This document shows, piece after piece, positions 1 through 8,083 of a stretch of DNA of 64,000 nt. The notes under the pieces were generated by a model, which made no database searches, was not told the origin of the DNA, and worked only from the letters and a program-made list of their open reading frames with translations. The stretch is taken from positions 18,327 through 82,326 of the forward strand of contig JAFGWU010000005.1 in the NCBI GenBank assembly GCA_016936975.1. The letters are read 5' to 3'. The position numbers and the translations under genes are program-made. This DNA is from Bacteroidales bacterium (GTDB taxonomy: Bacteria > Bacteroidota > Bacteroidia > Bacteroidales > GCA-2748055). How positions within the stretch are numbered: the stretch's first letter is position 1; every line of letters starts with the position of its first letter.

Positions 1-1
1 G

Positions 2-502
2 AAAATCGCGTTGATCCTTGGTTCGCTCCTTTTTTCAGTAACCCTGTTTTCCCAGAACCTCAAGTTCGGTCATATCAGTTCAGATCTGTTACTTTCTGCG
101 ATGCCTGAATATGACAGCGCCCAGGTTAAGATTGATGATCTCAGGGAACAGTACGATCTGGAAATTGAACGTATCCAGGTAGAGATCAATAAAAAGATAG
201 ATGAGTTTACCAAGGCAGAAAAAACCATGAGTGAACTGATCAAGGAAGCCAAGGCTTCCGAGATCCAGGAGATGCAGGTCCGACTTCAGAATTTTGCCCA
301 GACAGCCCAGCAGGATCTCCAGCAAAAAAGCATGACCTTCATTCAGCCGGTTATGGAAAAGGCAAGGACGGCTATTGAGGAAGTAGCCAAAGAGCAGGGA
401 CTGCTTTATGTATTTGATATGAGCCAGGGGAACCCGATTTATGCCTCCGACAAGAGTGTGGATCTTCTGCCCCTGGTTAAGGCAAACCTGGGGCTGCAGT
501 AA
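2..502 (+). CDS. OmpH/Skp-family periplasmic chaperone (5' end probably cut by the window edge)
   Basis: ORF 11..502. The frame stays open back to nt 2. Hydrophobic signal-like start LILGSLLFSVTLFSQ is followed by a long Q/E/K-rich coiled-coil typical of OmpH. It lies directly upstream of murI. Confidence 0.7.
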   Translation, partial: KIALILGSLLFSVTLFSQNLKFGHISSDLLLSAMPEYDSAQVKIDDLREQYDLEIERIQVEINKKIDEFTKAEKTMSELIKEAKASEIQEMQVRLQNFAQTAQQDLQQKSMTFIQPVMEKARTAIEEVAKEQGLLYVFDMSQGNPIYASDKSVDLLPLVKANLGLQ

Positions 503-655
503 CCGCCCTCGGATATTTCCCTGGTCGGGATCACACATCATTTTACCGGATGGTAAATCATCCTCTGCATCATTGCCTTTATCCGGGATTATCAGGACCG
601 GCACCGGCCGCAAATATTCAGGATACGCGGAAATTTTAAAAAAAATCCCTGCAGA

Positions 656-1465
656 ATGGAATCCAAGAAATCAAATCCCATCGGCTTATTTGATTCCGGA
701 GTCGGGGGATTGACCGTTGCGCATGCAATACATACCATCCTGCCCCAGGAGCAAATGATCTATTATGGCGATACCGCTCATCTTCCCTATGGCGATAAAT
801 CGAGGGATACCATTATTCACTACGCCCTCGGCATAACCGATTTCCTTCTTGAGAAGAGATGCAAGGTGATACTGATAGCATGTAACTCAGCCTCCTCCAA
901 TGCTTTTGATGAGGTGAAGGAGCATGTGGGCGACAGGGCGGTTGTGCTAAATGTGATTGATCCGGTTGTGGATTATGTGGCGGGAGATGAAACCATCCGT
1001 AACGTCGGGGTCATCGGAACCAAAGCGACCATCCATTCAAAAACCTATGAAAAAAAACTGGCCGGGCGAAACAGCCGGATCGGGGTAAGTTCCCTTGCCA
1101 CACCCCTGCTTGTCCCGATGATTGAGGAGGGGTTCGTATTCGATGATATCTCCAATGCAATTATCCGGTCCTATCTTTCCCGCAGGGAACTTGCAGAGAT
1201 CGATACCCTGATTCTGGGGTGTACGCACTATCCTATTATCAGGAACCAGATCAGCAGATTCTACAATTTTGAAGTGAATGTTCCGGATTCTTCGCTTATT
1301 GTAGCCGAACAGCTGCAGCAGTTTCTGGGAGAACGGAATTTGCTCAGCGAACATAGAAAACATCCCGATACCTTTTTCGTTTCGGAATACACTCCCTATT
1401 TTGAGGTCATTGCAAATATGTTTTTCAACGAGAAAATTTTGCTTGAAAAAAAGAGCATCTGGTAG
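656..1465 (+). CDS. murI: Glutamate racemase
   Basis: 269 aa with GLFDSGVGGLTV near the N-terminus and the two catalytic Cys motifs IACNSASS and LGCTHYP. Confidence 0.9.
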   Translation: MESKKSNPIGLFDSGVGGLTVAHAIHTILPQEQMIYYGDTAHLPYGDKSRDTIIHYALGITDFLLEKRCKVILIACNSASSNAFDEVKEHVGDRAVVLNVIDPVVDYVAGDETIRNVGVIGTKATIHSKTYEKKLAGRNSRIGVSSLATPLLVPMIEEGFVFDDISNAIIRSYLSRRELAEIDTLILGCTHYPIIRNQISRFYNFEVNVPDSSLIVAEQLQQFLGERNLLSEHRKHPDTFFVSEYTPYFEVIANMFFNEKILLEKKSIW

Positions 1466-1549
1466 ATCAGATCCGGCATTCTTTTAATGATTCCTGCCCT
1501 TTTGTGGATAAAAATGACGATGCTCATAAAACCCCATTATTTAAATAAT

Positions 1550-1557
1550 TAACTTTG
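1550..1557 (+). promoter_or_regulatory. Candidate Bacteroidota -7 promoter box (TAACTTTG, matching TAnnTTTG) upstream of korA
   Basis: Exact match to the TAnnTTTG consensus, 112 nt upstream of the korA ATG in a 203-bp intergenic gap. No convincing -33 TTTG at ideal spacing. Confidence 0.3.
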
Positions 1558-1668
1558 TTTCATTAACAGGACTTTGACAATCCGTCGGTATTAAGATTCA
1601 TGATTTCATGCGAAAATCACGGACGGGCATGAGATTGTTTTTTATACGATTCAATAACAGGAACGATT

Positions 1669-3528
1669 ATGGCAAAAAATCCCAAAGTAGTTGAGCTTGA
1701 AGAGGTGGTTGTTAAGTTTGCGGGTGATTCGGGTGACGGAATGCAACTAACGGGGACCCAGTTCTCTGATACATCTGCGTTTGTCGGAAATGATCTTTCA
1801 ACATTTCCGGACTACCCTTCTGAAATCCGTGCTCCCCAGGGGACCATAGCCGGTGTATCGGGCTTCCAGGTACACATAGGACACAGGGAAGTTACCACCC
1901 CCGGTGACCAGGCTGATGTTCTGGTTGCCATGAACCCGGCAGCTCTGAAAGCCAATATGAAATGGGTCAAGCAAGGAGCTACCCTGATCATCGATATCGA
2001 TAATTTCGACAACAAGCATTATAAGAAAGCGGGATACATAGAAGATCCCCTTCATGATAATTCCCTTGATGGCTATAATGTTGTCAAGGCACCCATCACA
2101 AACCTCACCCGGGACACAATAAAGCAGTATGGGCTGGATCTCAAAATAGCGGACAAGACGAAGAACCAGTTTGTGGCGGGAATTCTTTACTGGTTGTTTA
2201 ACCGTGATCTGAAGATTGGGGAGGATTTTCTGAAACAGAAATTCAGAAGCAAGCCGGACCTGGTGAAGGCCAATATTGCCGTTTTGCATGCGGGATACAA
2301 TTATGCGGAAACGATAGAGGTACTGTCCACCACGTTTCATGTGCACCCGGTTAAGGATAAGCACGGATTGTTCAGGAACATAACAGGGAACCAGGCCACT
2401 GCCTGGGGTTTGCTTGCCGCTGCGGAAAAGGCGGGACTGGAGTTGTTCCTGGGTTCCTATCCCATTACACCGGCTTCGGAGATCCTGCAGGAATTGTCAA
2501 AACTCAAGAGCCTTGGGGCCATAACCTTTCAGGCTGAAGATGAGATTGCAGGGATCTGTTCTTCGATCGGGGCTTCCTTTGCCGGGAGGCTGGCCGTCAC
2601 ATCTACCTCCGGACCGGGGCTTGCCCTCAAAAGCGAAGGGATTGGCCTGGCGGTTATGACCGAACTGCCCATTGTGATTGTGGATGTTCAGAGGGGCGGG
2701 CCGGCAACGGGATTGCCCACCAAGACAGAGCAGGGAGACCTTATGCAGGCCCTTTACGGGCGGAATGGCGAATCGCCCTGTATAGTCATGGCCGCTTCCT
2801 CCCCGGCAAATTGTTTTAATTTTGCATTTAAAGCTGCCAAGCTTGCCGTGGAGCATATGACCCCGGTCATCCTGCTTTCCGACAGTTATCTTGCGAACGG
2901 TTCCGAGCTGTGGGAGATTCCTTTCATGAAAGATCTTGAAGAGATACATCCCCCGTTTGCGGAGGACAATGATCCGAATTATTATCCTTATCTGCGCGAT
3001 CCGAAACGGTTGAACCGGTTCTGGGCCCGTCCGGGTCAGCCCGGTCTGCGTCACAGGGTTGGTGGCCTTGAAAAAGCCGATGTGACCGGAGAGGTTTCTC
3101 ACGATCCCATGAACCACCAGATCATGGTCGAGACACGCGAGGCCAAGGTTCAGAAAGTCGCTGAATTCATTCCTGATCAGGAGATTATCGGGGACAAAAA
3201 GGGAGACCTGCTGGTTGTGGGATGGGGAGGAACCTACGGGGCCATTTTCAGTGCGGTAAACACGATCCGGGAACAGGGCAGGAAGGTTAGCATGGCCCAG
3301 TTCAATTACATCAAACCGCTTCCGAAAAATACGCGGGAGGTGCTCTCGGGCTTTAAGAAAATACTGGTATGTGAACTGAACCTGGGACAGTTTGCCAGTT
3401 ACCTGCGCAGTCAGCTCCCGGAGTTTAATTACGCTCAATTCAATAAAGTGCAGGGATTACCGATGTTTATATCAGAAATTAAACAGAAAATTGAAGAAGT
3501 GCTTGATTCAATGAACAGTGAACAGTAA
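1669..3528 (+). CDS. korA: 2-oxoacid (probably 2-oxoglutarate):ferredoxin oxidoreductase, alpha subunit
   Basis: 619 aa with VVKFAGDSGDGMQLTG, GSYPITPASEIL and TSGPGLALKSEG, typical of the OFOR alpha (fused gamma/alpha) subunit. The TPP-binding beta subunit follows 24 nt downstream. Confidence 0.85.
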   Translation: MAKNPKVVELEEVVVKFAGDSGDGMQLTGTQFSDTSAFVGNDLSTFPDYPSEIRAPQGTIAGVSGFQVHIGHREVTTPGDQADVLVAMNPAALKANMKWVKQGATLIIDIDNFDNKHYKKAGYIEDPLHDNSLDGYNVVKAPITNLTRDTIKQYGLDLKIADKTKNQFVAGILYWLFNRDLKIGEDFLKQKFRSKPDLVKANIAVLHAGYNYAETIEVLSTTFHVHPVKDKHGLFRNITGNQATAWGLLAAAEKAGLELFLGSYPITPASEILQELSKLKSLGAITFQAEDEIAGICSSIGASFAGRLAVTSTSGPGLALKSEGIGLAVMTELPIVIVDVQRGGPATGLPTKTEQGDLMQALYGRNGESPCIVMAASSPANCFNFAFKAAKLAVEHMTPVILLSDSYLANGSELWEIPFMKDLEEIHPPFAEDNDPNYYPYLRDPKRLNRFWARPGQPGLRHRVGGLEKADVTGEVSHDPMNHQIMVETREAKVQKVAEFIPDQEIIGDKKGDLLVVGWGGTYGAIFSAVNTIREQGRKVSMAQFNYIKPLPKNTREVLSGFKKILVCELNLGQFASYLRSQLPEFNYAQFNKVQGLPMFISEIKQKIEEVLDSMNSEQ

Positions 3529-3552
3529 CCTTAAAACTCAAATCAGGAGATT

Positions 3553-4581
3553 ATGGAAGATTCAATGGCGTCAACGGTATTAACCAGGGATGATTTCAAG
3601 CTGGGCGAACCGGTAAAGTGGTGTCCCGGATGCGGGGCCCATGCGGTTCTGGCAACCATTATGAATGTACTTCCCGAAACGGGGGTACGCAAGGAAGATG
3701 TCGTTTTTGTTTCAGGGATTGGCTGCTCTTCACGTTTCCCCTATTATATAAATACCTATGGTTTCCATGGCCTGCATGGCAGGGCGCCTGCCATTGCATC
3801 GGGGATTAAGGCCGCCAACCCGAACCTCAGTGTATGGATCGTTACGGGTGACGGTGATTCAATGGCCATTGGAGGGAATCATTTTATTCATATCATCCGG
3901 AGGAACATCAATGTAAATATCTTATTGTTCAATAATAAGATTTATGGTCTCACAAAGGGACAGTACTCTCCGACAACACCCAAGGGAAGCATCACCAAAA
4001 CCTCTCCCGACGGGACCATTGAAAATGCTTTTAAACCGGGTGAACTGGCTATGGGTGCCCAGGGATCGTTTTATGCCCGGGTTGTGGATACCGATCCCAA
4101 AATGATGAAGGAGGTATTTGCTGCTGCCGCACAGCACCAGGGAACCTCGGTCGTGGAGATTTTGCAGAACTGTGTCATTTTTGCCAACCAGGTGCATAAT
4201 GACATCACCGGAAAAGATGTCCGGGATGATAACCAGATCTATTTAAAGCACGGAGAACCTATGATTTTCGGTAAAGAACGGAACAGGGGACTTCGGATCA
4301 GGAATAATCATCTTGAGGTGGTTACCATTGGTGAAAATGGCGTAACCGAGCGGGATATTATGATTCATAATGCCCTTAATCCGGATGATACAGCACATTA
4401 TATGCTTGTGAGAATGACCCTTCCTGAGTTCCCGGTGGCAATGGGTGTGGTAAGGGCAGTGGAGACGACCGTATACGAATCACTGCTTTACGATCAGATA
4501 AAGCATGCTAAAAGTACGTCTAAGATAAAAAAGGTGGATGACCTGCTGCGAAGTGGAAATGTCTTTCAGATAGATAAGTGA
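3553..4581 (+). CDS. korB: 2-oxoacid:ferredoxin oxidoreductase, beta (TPP-binding) subunit
   Basis: 342 aa with WCPGCGAH and the TPP motif GDGDSMAIGGNH...NNKIYGLTKGQ. The stop TGA (4579-4581) overlaps the start of the next gene. Confidence 0.85.
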   Translation: MEDSMASTVLTRDDFKLGEPVKWCPGCGAHAVLATIMNVLPETGVRKEDVVFVSGIGCSSRFPYYINTYGFHGLHGRAPAIASGIKAANPNLSVWIVTGDGDSMAIGGNHFIHIIRRNINVNILLFNNKIYGLTKGQYSPTTPKGSITKTSPDGTIENAFKPGELAMGAQGSFYARVVDTDPKMMKEVFAAAAQHQGTSVVEILQNCVIFANQVHNDITGKDVRDDNQIYLKHGEPMIFGKERNRGLRIRNNHLEVVTIGENGVTERDIMIHNALNPDDTAHYMLVRMTLPEFPVAMGVVRAVETTVYESLLYDQIKHAKSTSKIKKVDDLLRSGNVFQIDK

Positions 4582-7500
4582 TGGACCCGATTCCGAGCTC
4601 TGAAGAGTATATCCAGAAGCTGATTGCTGAACGGAAAGAGCGCCTCAAGGAATTAAATTGCATCAACCAGACCACGCAGATTATCAAAGAGAGCAGCTCC
4701 GTTGAGCATACTCTCAGCCAGATTGTGATGATTTTGCCCGCTGCCTGGCAATACCAGGAAATGACCGTAGCCAGGATCTGGTTCGAAGGGAGGGAGTATG
4801 CCAGCCCGGGATTCAGGGAAAGCAAATGGAAACAGAGCCAGAAATTCGTTACCATCAACAACCAGAAAGGATCCATCGAAATTTACTATCTCAAAGAGTT
4901 TGCAGAGGCTGATGAGGGCCCTTTTCTGAAGGAGGAGCGGCAGTTGATCGATAATATTGCCAGCATTATTTCCAATTACCTGAACAGCCTCGAAGCTAAA
5001 AAAATCCTGAAAAAGTCCCTGGATGAAAGCATTGTTCGCGCAGAGGTCAGGGATTTCAAGAAACCGGAGGAGATCGATACGAAGCGTCTTCTGCAGAAAT
5101 TTATTAATAAGCAGAATGCTAACAGGGACATTTTTCATGACCTCATGCCTTACAGGGTCAGGGAGATTCTTCTCGTGGCAACCCTTTACGATGCCTACAG
5201 TATAGAAAAGGAGGGTCGGTTTTCCGAACATATCCTCGGGGAGTATCATCAGCTGAGCCTTACATCCATGCCGAGGGTGACTGGCGTTTCCAGCTATGAA
5301 GAGGCTATGGAACAGCTTAATTCCCGTCATTTCGACCTGGTAATCCTGATGTTCGGGAACGATAAAGTCACCCCGCTGAATATTGCCCGGAAGGTCAGGG
5401 AGGATTTTCCATACATTCCCGTTTATGTCCTTGTGAATAATGACCGGGAGGTAAACGCTTTCAAAGAGAATAACCTGACCCTTAACCGCATTGTCGATCG
5501 CCTGTTTGTATGGAACGGCGACTCCAGGGTCTTTTTTGCCATGGTGAAACACCTGGAGGATAGCGTTAATGTGGAGAGCGATACCCGGCTCGGGCTGGTA
5601 AAAGTGATCCTGCTGGTGGAGGATTCCGAAATTTATTATTCACGTTACCTGCCATTGCTTTACAGCAACGTTATTGAACAGACCAGCAGGATCGTGGAAG
5701 ACCCGGGAACCGATGAGATATTCAAAATTCTCCGCCTGAGGGCGAGACCCAAGATATTGCTCGCCAATAACTACGAGGAGGCCATCGATGTGGTCAAAAA
5801 ATATAAGGATTACCTGCTCTGCCTGATTACCGATATTGAATTCAACCGCGAAGGAAAAATGGATCCTGACGCCGGATTCAGGCTGGTGAATGAGGTCCGG
5901 AAAATTGCAGATGATTTGCCGACCATCATTCAGTCGGCAGATGTTCAGAATTCACACAGGGCTTACGAGCTGAAATCAACTTTCATCAATAAGAACAGTG
6001 AGACCCTCCTACAGGATATCCGGAATTTTATTATGTACCACCTGGGATTCGGCAGTTTTATTTACAGGGATTCCAGCGGAAAAAAGATTGCGGAGGCAAA
6101 GTCCCTGCAGGAATTTGAGAAGATGATCGCATCCATTCCGAGTGAATCGCTGGTTTACCATGGACGCAGAAATCATTTTTCATTATGGCTGACTGCGAGA
6201 GGGGAGATTCGGATCGCCAAACTGATCCATCCCATAAAGGTGACGGATTTCAAGACCCCGGATGAGTTCAGGAATTATCTCAGGTACATTATCAAAAAGT
6301 ACAGAAATGAGTCCAATACCGGGAGAATTGTAAATTTCGAAGAGAGTGCCCTGCTCGATGAATCAAATATTGTCAGTCTCGGAACCGGTGCCCTTGGAGG
6401 AAAGGGGCGGGGATGTGCGTTCATTAATACGCTCATCTATAATATGAATTTCCAGGAGATCATCCCGGATCTGAATATCCGTACACCGAGGACCAGCATT
6501 ATCGGCACGGATGAGTTTGATCTGTTCATCGAGCGTAATAACCTGCATGATATTGCACAGAGGGAGATTGATTATAACGGGATCAGGCAGCTCTTCCTGG
6601 AAAGTGATCTCTCCTATAACCTTGAGAAGCGGCTGAGGGAACTGGTTAAAAAGATCGATCAGCCGCTGGCGGTAAGATCATCAAGCCTGATGGAGGATTC
6701 CACCATGCAGCCATTTTCAGGAATATTCGACACCTACCTGGTTCCGAATAACCATCCGGAATTCAATGTCCGGTTCAGGCAGCTTTGCGATGCTGTAAAA
6801 CTGGTGTATGCATCGGTCTACTCCCCGCATTCGAAAGGTTACTTCAAAGCCATCCGCCATAATATTGAGGAGGAAAAAATGGCTGTGGTCATCCAGAACG
6901 TGGTGGGCAGGATTCATGATGACTATTTCTACCCCCATGTGAGTGGTACCGCCCAGTCCCATAATTTTTATCCGATTGCTTATGTTGAACCGGAGGATGG
7001 TTTTGCCCTGGCAGCATTGGGATTGGGACATTATGTGGTGAATGGAGAGAAGTCCTATATTTTCTCCCCTAAATACCCGGAGCTTGAAATCAATTCTCCG
7101 GCAGTGCTCTTCAGGGATTCCCAGGTTGAGTTCCTGGCCCTTGACCTGAAAAACACCGCAATGGATTTTTGCGGGAAAGGTACCGAAGCGAACCTCGCAA
7201 GGTTAACCCTTGCCGATGCAGAAAACCATGGGACATTGAAACACCTGGCATCGGTGTACGACGCGGAAAATAACAGGATTGATCCGGGTTTATCCTCGGC
7301 TGGTCCCAGGATACTTAACTTTGCGGATATCCTTAAGTACGGCTATACTCCGCTGGCCCATGCATTAAGGCTGGTGCTTGATGTGGGACAACAGGCGCTT
7401 GGATCACCGATAGAAATTGAATATGCCCTGGACCTCGATAAATCGGAGAACGGTAAGCCATCAATTTACCTGCTGCAGATCAAGCCGATGCTTGGAAGTG

Positions 7501-8069
7501 ATGCCGTTTTTTCCTTTGAGATGGACAGTATTAATCAGGAAGACCTTATTATCCTGGCTGAAAAGAGCATGGGCAACGGAAGGATTGATGATCTGACAGA
7601 TATTGTTTATGTGATTCCCGAAATATTTGATAAGCTTCGAACCAGGATGATTGCGCGGGAAATTGAGGAGTTTAATGCAGGGTTGGTACAGCAGGGAAGG
7701 CAGTATGTGCTGATAGGGCCGGGTCGGTGGGGAACAAAGGATCCTTTAATCGGACTTCCGGTCAACTGGTCCCAGATCTCCCATGCCCGCGTAATTATTG
7801 AAACGAGCCTCGAAAATTTTCCGCTGGATGCCTCACTGGGATCCCATTTCTTTCACAATGTCACATCAATGAATGTCGGCTACTTTAGCATTCAACACCA
7901 GTCAGGGTCCTCATTCATCCGGTGGGATGTGCTCGGCAGGCAAAAGGTGGTGAAGGAAACGGAATTTGTAAAGCACATCCGCTTTGACGAGCCGCTCTGC
8001 ATCCTGATGAACGGAAGAAAACGGATTTCTGTCGTCATGAGAAAGCCCTGCGGTGTAACGAAACAGTAA
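4578..8069 (+). CDS. Multidomain signalling protein: GAF-like sensor, pseudo-receiver, receiver, PPDK_N-type ATP-grasp (PEP/pyruvate-binding) and a conserved C-terminal module; function unknown
   Basis: 1163 aa. The N-terminus carries LKELNCINQ...IEIYYL...LKEERQLIDNIA (GAF-like). REC-like VILLVEDS...LITDIEF...IIQSAD...INK. ATP-grasp GGKGRGCAFIN, AVRSSSLMEDSTMQPFSGIFDTY, VVIQNVVG, EIEYALDL...YLLQIKP. C-terminus YVLIGPGRWGTKDP...GSHFFHN. No TSHAA swivel motif is visible and there is no room for a TIM-barrel domain. Confidence 0.6.
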   Translation: MMDPIPSSEEYIQKLIAERKERLKELNCINQTTQIIKESSSVEHTLSQIVMILPAAWQYQEMTVARIWFEGREYASPGFRESKWKQSQKFVTINNQKGSIEIYYLKEFAEADEGPFLKEERQLIDNIASIISNYLNSLEAKKILKKSLDESIVRAEVRDFKKPEEIDTKRLLQKFINKQNANRDIFHDLMPYRVREILLVATLYDAYSIEKEGRFSEHILGEYHQLSLTSMPRVTGVSSYEEAMEQLNSRHFDLVILMFGNDKVTPLNIARKVREDFPYIPVYVLVNNDREVNAFKENNLTLNRIVDRLFVWNGDSRVFFAMVKHLEDSVNVESDTRLGLVKVILLVEDSEIYYSRYLPLLYSNVIEQTSRIVEDPGTDEIFKILRLRARPKILLANNYEEAIDVVKKYKDYLLCLITDIEFNREGKMDPDAGFRLVNEVRKIADDLPTIIQSADVQNSHRAYELKSTFINKNSETLLQDIRNFIMYHLGFGSFIYRDSSGKKIAEAKSLQEFEKMIASIPSESLVYHGRRNHFSLWLTARGEIRIAKLIHPIKVTDFKTPDEFRNYLRYIIKKYRNESNTGRIVNFEESALLDESNIVSLGTGALGGKGRGCAFINTLIYNMNFQEIIPDLNIRTPRTSIIGTDEFDLFIERNNLHDIAQREIDYNGIRQLFLESDLSYNLEKRLRELVKKIDQPLAVRSSSLMEDSTMQPFSGIFDTYLVPNNHPEFNVRFRQLCDAVKLVYASVYSPHSKGYFKAIRHNIEEEKMAVVIQNVVGRIHDDYFYPHVSGTAQSHNFYPIAYVEPEDGFALAALGLGHYVVNGEKSYIFSPKYPELEINSPAVLFRDSQVEFLALDLKNTAMDFCGKGTEANLARLTLADAENHGTLKHLASVYDAENNRIDPGLSSAGPRILNFADILKYGYTPLAHALRLVLDVGQQALGSPIEIEYALDLDKSENGKPSIYLLQIKPMLGSDAVFSFEMDSINQEDLIILAEKSMGNGRIDDLTDIVYVIPEIFDKLRTRMIAREIEEFNAGLVQQGRQYVLIGPGRWGTKDPLIGLPVNWSQISHARVIIETSLENFPLDASLGSHFFHNVTSMNVGYFSIQHQSGSSFIRWDVLGRQKVVKETEFVKHIRFDEPLCILMNGRKRISVVMRKPCGVTKQ

Positions 8070-8083
8070 CATTACGATAGCTT

